Of a stretch of 64,000 nt of DNA, positions 50,126 to 62,858 are shown piece by piece. Numbering within the stretch: position 1 is the stretch's first letter; each line of letters begins with the position of its first letter. Source of the DNA: Laetmonice hystrix (taxonomy: Eukaryota); NCBI GenBank assembly GCA_965235115.1, contig OZ249436.1:45262001-45326000 (forward strand). The letters run 5' to 3'. Both the position numbers and the translations under genes were made by a program. The notes beneath the pieces were generated by a model, which was given only the letters and a program-made list of their open reading frames with translations, made no database searches and was not told the origin of the DNA.

Positions 50126-51013
50126 CAGGGATAGATACATTATGGTATCACCTGGACGCCGTATCAGTATTAGCGGTCAGGAAAAGGTAAATATGAGGAA
50201 GGAAATAACGGAACTAGGCAAGTCGTAAAAGTCATGATGAAAAAAGTGGAATCTGGCTTGTAGTTATAAACTAAGTTATCTGAAAAAAGTGCCCTGTAAG
50301 TTGCTAAAGTCATTCGCCTAGAAATTGTTTTTGTAAGGTTGAGGCACAGTGGTGGTAGTCATAACAACATTACCACTTTTTCAGCGTTGTCGTGAGGTGA
50401 GAGTATTTGTCAATAGAACAGCGAGGTAGACTTTGTGTTTTTGTGTTTGTCCCCGTTTTTAACCAGAGTATAGATTCGTGGAAATATGCGCGTTAGTCTC
50501 TCTCAACATTTAATACACGATAATATGAGTAGGTTTGGGATTTAATAATTAGTAATGACACCTGCACCTGTCGATCCAACTTTACCACGTGCTGAGGTTT
50601 AACATATCCTATCTGTAGCCATCACGGGAGCCTCACCCAACCATCCCCGATTGAACAATGGGGACTGAAGGTCAGTCGAACTTTGATTCTCCACTTGGTG
50701 TGTCCTTCTGTCAGGAGGCCGTGTTGATATAAGTCGTTATAGGGCACGAGAAGAAAAAGAGCCATTTGATGGACAAAGCTGTGTGCTCTGCTTGGCTGGT
50801 GTGCGTGTTCTCTCTATGGGCCGACCAGTTTTTGTCCAGGGGGGGCCATGATATATATGTATGTATGCTCAATGTCACCATTCGAATCGCCGAGGGTCTC
50901 ACGGGTTGACGGTGTACAACCAGTCCGATTTATAACGTAGGATTGAACAGGTAAGGGGTCGGTGCTGTGTCATACAGGTAGGAATGAGGGAAAACTAGGT
51001 GACTTGGTGAATT

Positions 51014-51138
51014 AGGCCCAGATACACAGACCGATTTACGGCCGATTGTGAGATACGGCCGATTTTTCTCCATAGGAAAACTATGGAGAAAACTTGTATC
51101 TCATAATCAGTCGTAAATCGGTCTGTGTATCTGGGCCT
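51014..51138. mobile_element. 125-bp palindromic MITE
   Basis: 27-bp TIR AGGCCCAGATACACAGACCGATTTACG; central TTTTCTCCATAG/CTATGGAGAAAA hairpin. Confidence 0.85.
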
Positions 51139-51170
51139 CGAACTGCTCCACGGAATTGTTCTCACACGTG

Positions 51171-51440
51171 CACTGGCGGATCCAGGATTTCACTAAGGGG
51201 GGGGGGGGGACCACAGAAAAGCATTTCATAATTGTTTGCATTACTAATTAAAGCTCATGCTCTTAAATGAGAGTTTTAGAGGTATAGGCCTACATAATAG
51301 CTCGGGGTTTCCCTGAGACACACCGTCAGTGTTAAAATTAATTAAAAATAAGTAGGCTATAGCCGTGTAGGCCTATAATTAGTGAAGCTAAAGGGGCGGG
51401 GGGCACGTGCCCCCTGTGCCCCCCTCTGGATCCGCCTTTG
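51171..51440. mobile_element. GGCGGATCCAG-family MITE
   Basis: CACTGGCGGATCCAG ... CTGGATCCGCCTTTG; flanks CACGTG / CACGCG. Confidence 0.75.
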
Positions 51441-52655
51441 CACGCGGCAGGTCAGTTCTATTGTAATGGTCAGAAAAACATACTTTATTATGCTGTTATC
51501 ATTTTACTCTGTCCATCATAGTTCTGATAGTAGATCGTCGCTCCTCAAGTATCATGTATCGTTTTGTTGGACACTGCAGGGACACGCCACTGATATTTCA
51601 CACACAGATTGTGATTACATTAAATAGACTCAGGCGTACTTGGCCAAAGTCAGGTTCTCATCTAGGACAGAATCATCCAAGTAAAATATCTGAATGAAGT
51701 AACACTTTCATCACGGGAGAACGCAGAAAGTGAGCCAATGAGACGCGGAGTAGAGATGCGATATGTATTGAATGGGATACACCAGACAGTGAAGTGACGG
51801 TTTGTCATAGTTTGAAGGTCATTGTAACTGGTTGTCATTGTTTGAAGGTCATTGTGATGGTTTACTTAGTGACAGGTACCCAAGGTGATAAATCATGATC
51901 ATTTGTCAGGACTGGACTAGCAAGCACGCCCCCTACCAGCATTATTCGGAATTATTCATGATAACCACCTCTCTCTCTCCTGGTTCCATGCAGTGGGCAG
52001 ATGGGTACAAATCAAACTCAAATATGGCATCTAGATAAATGATTAATTTTGGTGTTTCTCTTTTGTTGCATTAATGGGTACTGGACATAGTGTATTGACT
52101 CCCACATTACTTATTCTTTCTGCATGAACTAGTCAAGTCTTCCATAATTCCCATATCAAAAATTGGACTCGGTGAACTGGAATCTCATTTGGCCCGAGGT
52201 GGTCATCTTCTCCCAGGGGAAGTTGTTATGGGATAATCAGCTGTTAATAGGGACATTATTCTGTCAGGAGGAGTTGTCTGCCTCCTGGAGTTGGTTGCTG
52301 GAGGCGTGACTCCACACAAAGGATCACACCGGGTACATCCATGTGTCCGTGATGGTTTCGTTACTGGAGAAATTGAACGCCTGGAGTCTTGCTTGAATAG
52401 GAAACGATTGTTTGATTGGCTGCAGGTTTCACACACATCGCATCCAGTGGAAGGTCTGTGTTCGCTCGGACCTGCAGACAAACTTTTTATTTATACTATA
52501 ATAAGAAGTTGGAGCTGGGCTTGAACCCCAGGAAACGTATTGGACTTGTTTTAGATTACAGGGTGCAGTTCTGTTATATTTGATTGTGTTTCGAGATCAT
52601 TGTGATTCTCTAATGAAATCCCTTTCAATGCTTAATGGTAATTGCCATGCATCAC

Positions 52656-52794
52656 CAGGGGCCCGTCTCACTAAGGCTGGTTAATAACCAGATCGTTACG
52701 TTAACATAGGAGTGAATGGAAGGTTGCTGGTTAGGCCTACAGATGTTAACTTAACGATCTGGTGATTAACCAGCCTTAGTGAGTCGGGCCCCTG
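52656..52794. mobile_element. 139-bp palindromic Harbinger-like MITE
   Basis: ~50-bp inverted arms CAGGGGCCCGWCTCACTAAGGCTGGTTAAT...GTTAACAT. Confidence 0.85.
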
Positions 52795-54728
52795 ATCTGG
52801 GAACTGAATTTGCATTAAGACTTCCCAGGAACTACGAGGAGAATGCATTTTAATGCACAGCATAGGCGGGTCCTGAAATTAGAGTTGGGGGGGGGGGGGC
52901 GGAATTATCGTTGGCGAGGGAGGTTGGATCCAGCGTATCACTCCGGAGTATGCGGGTATCAGACATTGAACAATATTCTAAAAGGACCAAGTTCTCTTTG
53001 ACTCCTGGATCATCCTCTGTAGTATATACAGTCTTATAGGCCTACTAAGAGTAGGCCTATAGGCCTATATTTTGTTTAGTTGTGAATGTCAGCATCACAC
53101 ACACTTCTAGCGTCATATAGTGTGTCTATGTTGTCCTTTTCAACATAGACTCATGAGAGCGCGGATTAGATCTACTTGGACCACATGATGCATCAATTTC
53201 AATAAATGCATGTTATTTTTTTAATTTCTCGTTCAACATAATGTCAATGTCTATTAGGTGGCCTACAAAATTTATTACGCAGATATTTTTGTCAATAAAT
53301 ACTGTCGCCTGTTATTTATCTGTGTTATTTACTGTTCATGGAATCATTTTTTCAGGTTAGTATGGAGGCCATGTGTTGGTATCGGGAGGACTGTGAGTTG
53401 TGTGCCGTGCGGGTGATCGTCCGTCATATTACCGTCCTCATACCGCCCAATCAGCGTGCGTGGTTAGAGTTGGCGCGGAGCTGGTCCGCGTGCTGTGAGT
53501 AGTATATGGAGAAGGTAGTCGTGTAGCAGACGTGCCGACACCAGTCCGCTGACCGGAGTGAAGGGACGGGACCTGGGGACAGAACTTGGTACAGTCGGTC
53601 TGTCTCCGCGCGCCTGTGTGTGATCAACGTCATTCTGGACGCGCCAGCTGCTCCACCGCCAACAGTCACCCGAGGATGGGAACCGATAATTACAATGGGG
53701 AAATTACAGTTCAATAATTCTGGCTTGCAATCATCAAAACCCACCAGTAAAACCAACACACTGTCTACATACAGCTTATCAACAATGAGGCATTCGCTAA
53801 CTCTACCCTCATGAGGCTGACTATCATTCATAGTTCCCTTTTTTTAGAAACAAAATCCGCGCCACTCGATCCTCCAAGCAAACGTCGCTTCCACACGGGG
53901 AAGGAGACCCACACAGCGGTCCGGGAATTACTGGAGTTTCTTTGAGTGAGAAAATGTGGATTGGCTCAATCTGCTGGAGTTAATGAGGCGTCATCAGCAC
54001 CAGGAGTTGGCAGCTGGAGGAGATACTCATGACAACATCTCAGCGTCTCATGTCTTCAGTACCCCTCCAGGCAGCTGGCGGGACCTCCTCCAGTGTCTCC
54101 TTCATCCCACCACGCCTATCTCGCAACCTTTGTTCATTCCAAGTACTTGTAGTGCAGAATTAAAAGGGGATTACAGTGGGACCTCGGAGGCTTCAAGTCC
54201 AAGTAGACGTCACTTCTTGTTAATGTGTCAAGTTTTCACGGAGACAAAGTCAAAGTTACAGGAACTGTATGACCACCTTGCAGTCAGATATCATCTGTGG
54301 AGAATCGGGAGACCACAACACAAAGGACTAAACCTGTGAACATATTATGAGGTCCTGGATATTTGAGTTGTGTGCCCCGCCTGTTTGATACATAGGTTAT
54401 GTAAGTCTGGTTGAGTCTCCTCACCAACCTGTGTTATCGGTGAACAGTCAGCGGACCTGGTGACTGGCTGTGGTAGGTGACTGTAGCACGGAGACTGCTG
54501 GTTCTATCCTCCCACAGGGCTACACGACCATCAACTCTGGTCTCTTGGTACTTCCCCACTCGACATGTACACAATTATTGACTGGAATTGGAACTGCTAA
54601 TTACCCGGGAGTATTTCACAGCGTCAGAGACTTCTGTTCATGTTTGTCAGAGATACACGTGAATCGCCAGCGCTAATGTTGTTCAAGATGAAAGCAGCAC
54701 ATTGAGGAAAGGAAAACGATTAAATGAA

Positions 54729-55494
54729 ATGGGTTCGCGGAGATCAAGCGATACCTCCACCATGGAGAAATCTTCCTCCAAAGGTTCAATCAGTCTGGAG
54801 TTTGACGATTATCCACTGGACCTCATCTCGTCTGTCCGGAAGGACGATGGTGACAATGACCCGGGTAACTGGAAACCAACCACACCCCGTGACGTCACAC
54901 CCAGCCAACAGAAAGACATCACTGAGATGGACCTGGATCTCGACCTGGATCTCGATCTGGTTGACGAGGAATCTAATGACGAGGATGAGGAGGACGAAAA
55001 GAAAGACTTAGCTGAGAAAGAATCGTGTGATGTGATCAAAGCTAACGGCACTGTCTTGTGTAATACAAACAGTGTTGGCACACCGAAAACAAACGGCAAG
55101 CTCCCGGGAAAGGGCTACCCCCATGAAAACATTCTCTATGATGTACTCAAGGATTACCCCATCCACAAACATCGCCGGACTGGCGGCAAGTGTGAACTGT
55201 GTAGGACGTGTTGTACCAGCTGTTGGCGGCCATGTTTGATACAGTATCACCCACTGCCACCCAACCCCACGTGTTCAGAGAGAATACGACATGGATTCAT
55301 GTGCCCCCCGCATGGCTGGATAGGACACGTGCTAGCGCTCGTCCTGTGTACAGCCCTCACCTGGGGGGTTCTGTGGGGGGTTGCCGGCCCCTCCGCCCTG
55401 CCAGGCGGGAACCTGTTCGCCCTGGTCATGTTGGTCGTCTTTGGTTACATAGGGGGCGCTGTGGTGCGTCTCATCCGGCTCCCGCCTCTCCTTG
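54729..55494 (+). CDS. SLC9B: Na+/H+ antiporter of the SLC9B (NHA) family, first coding exon
   Basis: Acidic cytosolic N-terminus, then CPPHG...WGVLWGVAGPSALPGGNLFAL...RLPPLLG, matching the SLC9B TM1-2 pattern. Phase-1 donor G|GTGAGT at 55494/5. In-frame stop at 54660 upstream of the ATG. Confidence 0.9.
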
Positions 55495-57542
55495 GTGAGT
55501 ACGCATGCGCTCTTTATGATTTTTGTGACACTGTTACCGTACAATAAGGGTCTAGGGCTAGGGTATGAAATGTTTGGCTTACGGGAAATAATTTGGTATA
55601 ACACGTACGGTGTACACACCGTCCCATTGGGATTTCGCAAGTTTTGGAGTCTGCAGTCCTAAGAATGATAGGTTTTGGTAAACTGTTAATTTACCCCTTT
55701 TTATATTCCGTTCAAAGGTAATCGTTTTAACAACAGGAATTGACCTTCTTTAAAAAAATGCTATCTCTGTAAAATTTCTATTAATGATAATGAAAGGCAC
55801 TCAGTCAATTTCCTATCTTAAAGCAATAAATCTGTGTTATCAGAATGCACATTCACGTCAATGTACAGATAAAAAATAAAAAGTTGAATAATAATGTTTG
55901 CGTTTAAAAAAAAAGGATAAAAGAATAACCCCCCCCCCCAAAAACGGTTTCATTTACACGGGGTGGGGGGGGGGGCGGCCATTACGATTTGTTATCGGTG
56001 CCAGTTCCCTCTGACATGCAAACGTTGGTTGAAATCGGCGGTGCGTGCGGCTGGGAACTGACACGTTGACATATCTCACTGCCTGCCATCAAACAATCCA
56101 TCTCTCAGCCATTAACGTCTAACATCATGTACTGGCACTGAGGGCAGTGAGGGCACTGAGGGCAGTGGTGCTGGTATCATTACATCGGATCACTGAGACA
56201 AACGTTAGCTCAGTGCTCCCAGAGACAGAGGCAACCCAGGCTGGTCCCTTTCAGTTGCGGTAACGCCAGGCTTAGTCGATCTGATCAGCAATAATGACAG
56301 CATCGTAATGTTTCTCAGAATAATTTTAACTATACTATTATGAGATATGTTAATAATCTTAACATACGGATCTTTTTAAGAATAGGATCACTTAACACTA
56401 TAATTAAGTCAAATGATAGCTAGGGTATCACTTAATACTTGTCAATTCCCGTTTTACTCCCCTCTCGTTAGCTCCTGATCCGGAGTGCTCCCTAGCTACC
56501 TCCCTATAACAATATCACTTAACACTAGTTCTGTCCTAACTTTTAATCAGCTGATTGGGTTTAGGATAGGGAAGCATGGTCAAACATCGTGAGAAGTTTG
56601 ACCTCGCGAGTTGAAACTTTCTTCGCCTTGTGCAGTGTTTCCAGCCTTCCTTGACACTTGGACGAACGTCTTGTTCCAACGGCAACCCTCCACAGTTATC
56701 TTGGTCACGTATTGACCTGATTGAAATCAATAGGAGAAGGCTTACAAAAGGAAGACGTTATGAGAAAGACACCCGGGTCTAGCTATTTGAAAGTCTGTGC
56801 ACAGGGACGCCGAATAATTGATTTCTTCAAGATTGGCAGAAAACTTTTTGTCGGGGTTCAAATTGAGGGCAGTGCTGAACAAGTGGAGAATCGACAAAAG
56901 GAGAGCTTGGGGAAAGGTAAAAAGGTGCCCTTAAAGATTGCCAATCTTTCTTGGTGACCATGGTGTGATGACAGTTAATTAATAAAGAAAAAACTAGGCT
57001 TTAATACTAACACAACCCTTCCCGCTAATAATAGCGCCGCTTTCATATATACCTGCCCATAGTTACGTCCAGCACACTAAACCGCCGAGTTGAATTGTTC
57101 ATGCAGACAGTTTTGAAAGATACACGCCCCTTGTAGATGTGCAAGTAGCAGAAATACTGTTGACACTGCTGTAGGCCAGAGATCAGGGAGGTTAAATGGG
57201 ATAATTCTGTAGCCAGTCGGATACAATAGGGTTACTGGATGTCGCTTAAGGAGCCCTTTCTCATCTCTGCTGCTTTTATCGTCGTCGACATCCTTTGTTG
57301 GTGCTGGGAGGTTCATATTTGGTCGCCTGATGTAACCAAGCACAATATCAGGGAACAAGCCTGACGCGATATTACGCGATGCGACGCGGTGTTACGCGAT
57401 GCGACGCGATTTTGATAATCTCCAAATGGGTTTCAGTGCGACTGAACACACCGTACCCTAACATTTTCAAGGAGCAGGACTGGGGTTAGGGATAGGTTCT
57501 ATTAGGGGTCTCGGGACGGGGTTTAGGCAGAGGTACGTCAGC

Positions 57543-58197
57543 TTTGTGACTGGGATTGGTGATAGATTTTTAGGTGTTAGGTTTGTGACTGGGATTGGTG
57601 ATAGATTTTTAGGTGTTAGGTTTGTGACTGGCATTGGTGATAGATTTTTAGGTGTTAGGTTTGTGACTGGCATTAGTGATAGAATTTTAGGTGTTAGGTT
57701 TGTGACTGGCATTGGTGATAGATTTTTAGGTGTTAGGTTTGTGACTGGCATTAGTGATAGATTTTTAGGTGTTAGGTTTGTGACTGGCATTAGTGATAGA
57801 TTTTTAGGTGTTAGGTTTGTGGCTGGCATTGGTGATAGATTTTTAGGTGTTAGGTTTGTGACTGGCATTGGTGATAGATTTTTAGGTGTTAGGTTTGTGA
57901 CTGGCATTGGTGATAGAATTTTAGGTGTTAGGTTTGTGACTGGCATTAGTGATAGATTTTTAGGTGTTAGGTTTGTGACTGGCATTAGTGATAGATTTTT
58001 AGGTGTTAGGTTTGTGACTGGCATTGGTGATAGATTTTTAGGTGTTAGGTTTGTGACTGGCATTGGTGATAGAATTTTAGGTGTTAGGTTTGTGACTGGC
58101 ATTAGTGATAGATTTTTAGGTGTTAGGTTTGTGACTGGCATTGGTGATAGATTTTTAGGTGTTAGGTTTGTGACTGGCATTGGTGATAGAATTTTTA
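57543..58197. repeat. 39-bp intronic minisatellite, ~17 copies
   Basis: GTTTGTGACTGGCATTRGTGATAGAWTTTTAGGTGTTAG. Confidence 0.97.
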
Positions 58198-58735
58198 GTT
58201 CTTACAAATTTCATGTTGACGTTACCATGGTAATCTTTTATTTTTACGTTTATAACTGCCAGATTTATCCGGCGCCTGTCTGGATCTCTCCTGGATTGAC
58301 CGGCGCCCATTGTCTGTGTAGCCTTCCGCTAAACACTACCGGGAAATAAAGACAATACTTTCACTATGCATGAACCGATTCTGTTACTGAATTCAACATG
58401 CAGCAATGACCGTATCATTGTGTACAATAGCCGGCTTACATCTGAAACATAAACACACGTCATTGGAGACGACTGCGTTTTAAATGACACATTACATTGA
58501 TTGCAATTTCATAAAAAGGTGTTTTTTTCTATCTCTGGAAAGCCCTTTAAATGTTCCTCATTTTGTGTGGCCCGTTATAAATGTCAGTCGGATGCTCTCG
58601 ACACGTTTTCCGTGAAGGGTCTGCCTCATTTGCCTCGTATTGATTCAACAATCAACCGTCCCAGCATGCGTCAGTGACTGTTGTCTGTTGATTTGATTGG
58701 TGGATGTCATGAATGTCCTGACTTCCGGTTGACAG

Positions 58736-58823
58736 GTATGCTGGTGGTTGGCTGTCTGATGCGGAACGTTCCTGTGGTAAACGTCGCCAAGGATATCGAC
58801 GTACAATGGGCGGGCGCTCTCAG
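58736..58823 (+). CDS. SLC9B: SLC9B (NHA) second coding exon; later exons not found in the window
   Basis: ACAG|GT...AG|GTAAGG; 88 bp, phase 1 in and phase 2 out. Encodes (G)MLVVGCLMRNVPVVNVAKDIDVQWAGAL(R), continuing the PPLLGML...RN.P...W...LR motif. Confidence 0.92.
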
Positions 58824-59030
58824 GTAAGGCATTCCTAGGTCAAGGTCAGACTCCCGACCAAAGGTCACGGTGACCTATCGGTGAAGGCTGCCCAGGAGGT
58901 CAGGCTGCCGTCTCACGGACATTGACCCCGTCTTGTAATGCTAATGGTCTCCGGTCGTCTGTCAGGGGATCGGGTCATTGCCCCATGATAACATTGCCCG
59001 AAATCGAGGCCAGGTGGTAGGGACAGGGCT

Positions 59031-60679
59031 GGGGATAGCGATAAGTTAATTTTAGGGTGTAAGGACTACGACTATAAGGGTTAGGGATAGCGATAAGTTT
59101 TTAGGGTGTAAGGTCCTACCACTATAAGGGTTAGGGATAGCGATAAGTTAATTTTAGGGTGTAAGGACCTACCACTATAAGGGTTAGGGATAGCGATAAG
59201 TTAATTTTAGGGTGTAAGGACTAAGACTATAAGGGTTAGGGATAGCGATAAGTTTTTAGGGTGTAAGGTCCTACCACTATAAGGGTTAGGGATAGTGATA
59301 AGTTAATTTTAGGGTGTAAGGACCTACCACTATAAGGGTTAGGGATAGCGATAAGTTAATTTTAGGGTGTAAAGACCTACCACTATAAGGGTTAGGGATA
59401 GCGATAAGTTTTTAGGGTGTAAAGACCTACCACTATAAGGGTTAGGGATAGCGATAAGTTTTTAGGGTGTAAGGACTACCACTATAAGGGTTAGGGATAG
59501 CGATAAGTTTTTAGGGTGTAAACCCCTACCACTATAAGGGCTGGGGATAGCGATAAGTTAATTTTAGGGTGTAAGACCTACCACTATAAGGGTTAGGGAT
59601 AGCGATAAGTTAATTTTAGGGTGTAAGACCTACCACTATAAGGGTTAGGGATAGCGATAGGTTTTTAGGGTGTAAACCCCTACCACTATAAGGGTTAGGG
59701 ATAGCGATAAGTTTTTAGGGTGTAAGGTCCTACCACTATAAGGGTTAGGGATAGCGATAAGTTTTTAGGGTGTAAAGACCTACCACTATAAGGGTTAGGG
59801 ATAGCGATAAGTTTTTAGGGTGTAAACCCCTACGACTATAAGGGTTAGGGATAGCGATACGTTTTTAGGGTGTAAACCCCTACCACTATAAGGGTTAGGG
59901 ATAGCGATAAGTTAATTTTAGGGTGTAAGACCTACCACTATAAGGGTTAGGGATAGCGATAAGTTTTTAGGGTGTAAAGACCTACCACTATAAGGGTTAG
60001 GGATAGCGATAGGTTTTTAGGGTGTAAAGACCTACCACTATAAGGGTTAGGGATAGTGATAAGTTTTTAGGGTGTAAAGACCTACCACTATAAGGGTTAG
60101 GGATAGCGATAAGTGTTTAGGGTGTAAGGTCCTACCACTATAAGGGTTAGGGATAGCGATAAGTATTTAGGGTGTAAGGTCCTACCACTATAAGGGTTAG
60201 GGATAGCGATAAGTTTTTAGGGTGTAAAGACCTACCACTATAAGGGTTAGGGATAGCGATAAGTTTTAGGGTGTAAGGACCTACCACTATAAGGGTTAGG
60301 GATAGCGATAAGTTTTTAGGGTGTAAACCCCTACCACTATAAGGGTTAGGGATAGCGATAAGTGTTTAGGGTGTAAGGTCCTACCACTATAAGGGTTAGG
60401 GATAGCGATAAGTTTTTAGGGTGTAAGGACCTATCACTATAAGGGTTAGGGATAGCGATAAGTTTTTAGGGTGTAAGGACCTATCACTATAAGGGTTAGG
60501 GATAGCGATAAGTTTTTAGGGTGTAAGGACCTACCACTATAAGGGTTAGGGATAGCGATAAGTTTTAGGGTGTAAACCCCTACCACTATAAGGGTTAGGG
60601 ATAGCGATAAGTTTTTAGGGTGTAAACCCCTACCACTATAAGGGTTAGGGATAGCGATAAGTTTTTAGGGTGTAAGGAC
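59031..60679. repeat. 50-bp (49-54) intronic minisatellite, ~32 copies
   Basis: AGGGTTAGGGATAGCGATAAGTTTTTAGGGTGTAARNNCCTACCACTATA. Confidence 0.97.
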
Positions 60680-61376
60680 TGCGAATAAGAGTCAGAGATA
60701 GCGATAATATTTTAGCAGGTGATGTCACGGTGGAAAGGATAAACGAAATAAACTGGCCATCCATTAGTCATCGCAACGACAACCTGCTTTCTAACTTACA
60801 ACAGGAATTTACCAGAACACTTCCGGAATATGTCCTTAATGTTCATCGATTTCTCTTGATTAAAATACGACAGTTCTATCTGATATCATGTATTGGCGAC
60901 ACTAAACTTTGTTCATTATGTAGTATCATATTTATATGCTTTAAGCGCCGACGATGTAATAATGCTGATGACTCCTCTATAAGCGTCTCGCTCGACTACA
61001 ATTTATCCACAACGTAACCAAACTCTGATATTGGGGACTCAATCTTCAGCAGTCTTTCCGGGTGGTAATATTGTGAGAGACCAACCACACCCGGCCAATC
61101 TGAGGCATGATATTGATAAACATGTTGTTTAGTGACTTTAATCCTGCGAGCCTGCAGGACTTTGGATATGGATAATGATTCATTACATGTTGTGGTTATG
61201 ACTGGCGCCTGTAGCAGATTACCTGGCGGTGTTGGCGCCTATAGAAGATTACCTGGCGGTGTTGGGTGATGAGGGAGAACTAAGAGAGGTTCCGGCCTTT
61301 ATTTATGAGCGCCTGGTATTGGTTGTTAACCCATTGTAACATTCCGATGAAATTGAAGCTAGAGGGAAGGATTGGC

Positions 61377-61500
61377 AGGGCTAGGGCTAGGGTTAGGGGC
61401 AGAGTTGGGTTAGGGGCAGGGTTAGGGTTAGGGGCGGGGCTAGGGTTAGGGGCAGAGTTAGGGTTAGGGGCAGGGTTAGGGTTAGGGGCAGAGTTAGGGT
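61377..61500. repeat. Degenerate telomere-like hexamers (TTAGGG/GCAGGG)
   Basis: Direct reading. Confidence 0.9.
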
Positions 61501-61557
61501 CAGAGTGTAAGCGGACCCGGGGTCAGCGGGTTCAGCGTCTGACAGCGATCAATGGCT

Positions 61558-62546
61558 GGGTCTAACTGCAGACCGCCAGGGTCTAACTGCAGACCGCCAG
61601 GGTCTAACTGCAGACCTCCAGGGTCTAACTGCAGACCTCCAGGGTCTAACTGCAGACCGCCAGGGTCTAACTGCAGACCTCCAGGGTCTAACTGCAGACC
61701 GCCAGGGTCTAACTGCAGACCGCCAGGGTCTAACTGCAGACCGCCAGGGTCTAACTGCAGACCGCCAGATTCTAACTGCAGACCTCCAGGGTCTAACTGC
61801 AGACCGCCAGGGTCTAACTGCAGACCGCCAGGGTTTAACTGTAGACCGCCAGGGTCTAACTGCAGACCGCCAGGGTCTAACTGCAGACCTCCAGGGTCTA
61901 ACTGCAGACCGCCAGGGTCTAACTGCAGACCTCCAGGGTCTAACTGCAGACCGCCAGGGTCTAACTGCAGATCGCCAGGGTCTAACTGCAGACCGCCAGG
62001 GTCTAACTGCAGACCGCCAGATTCTAACTGCAGACCTCCAGGGTCTAACTGCAGACCGCCAGGGTCTAACTGCAGACCGCCAGGGTTTAACTGTAGACCG
62101 CCAGGGTCTAACTGCAGACCGCCAGGGTCTAACTGCAGACCGCCAGGGTCTAACTGCAGACCGCCAGGGTCTAACTGCAGACCGCCAGGGTCTAACTGCA
62201 GACCGCCAGGGTCTAACTGCAGACCGCCAGGGTCTAACTGCAGACCGCCAGGGTCTAACTGCAGACCGCCGGGGTCTAACTGCAGACCGCCGGGGTCTAA
62301 CTGCAGACCGCCGGGGTCTAACTGCAGACCGCCGGGGTCTAACTGCAGACCGCCGGGGTCTAACTGCAGACCGCCGGGGTCTAACTGCAGACCGCCGGGG
62401 TCTAACTGCAGACCGCCGGGGTCTAACTGCAGACCGCCGGGGTCTAACTGCAGACCGCCAGAGTCTAACTGCAGACCGCCAGGGTCTAACTGCAGACCGC
62501 CAGGGTCTAACTGCAGACCTCCAGGGTCTAACTGCAGACCGCCAGG
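61558..62546. repeat. 21-bp minisatellite, ~47 copies
   Basis: GGGTCTAACTGCAGACCGCCA. Confidence 0.98.
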
Positions 62547-62547
62547 G

Positions 62548-62858
62548 CCCCGATCTCTAGCCCTGCCCCTCACCCTGCTCCGATCCCTAGCCGTACCCCT
62601 CACCCTTCCCCGATCTCTAGCCCTGCCCCTTACCCTGCCCCGATCTCTAGCCCTGCCCCTCACCCTGCCCGACCCCTAGCCGTGCCCCTCACCCTGCCCC
62701 GATCTCTAGCCCTGCCCCTTACCCTACCCCGACAACTAGCCCTGCCCCTTACCCTGCCCGATCTCTGGCCCTGCCCTCACCCTGCCCCTCACCCTGCCTC
62801 GACCCCTAGCCGTGCCCCTCACCCTGCCCCGATCTATAGCCCTGCCCCTTACCCTAAC
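62548..62858. repeat. ~30-bp C-rich repeat built from hexamers, ~10 copies
   Basis: CCGATCTCTAGCCCTGCCCCTYACCCTGCC. Confidence 0.9.

Noticed and set aside
57467..62679. Repetitive ORFs (MPVTNLTPKNLSP, GGLQLDP, PPGSNCR)
   Set aside because: 39-bp and 21-bp satellites downstream of SLC9B splice donors; unit lengths divisible by 3 explain the open frames.
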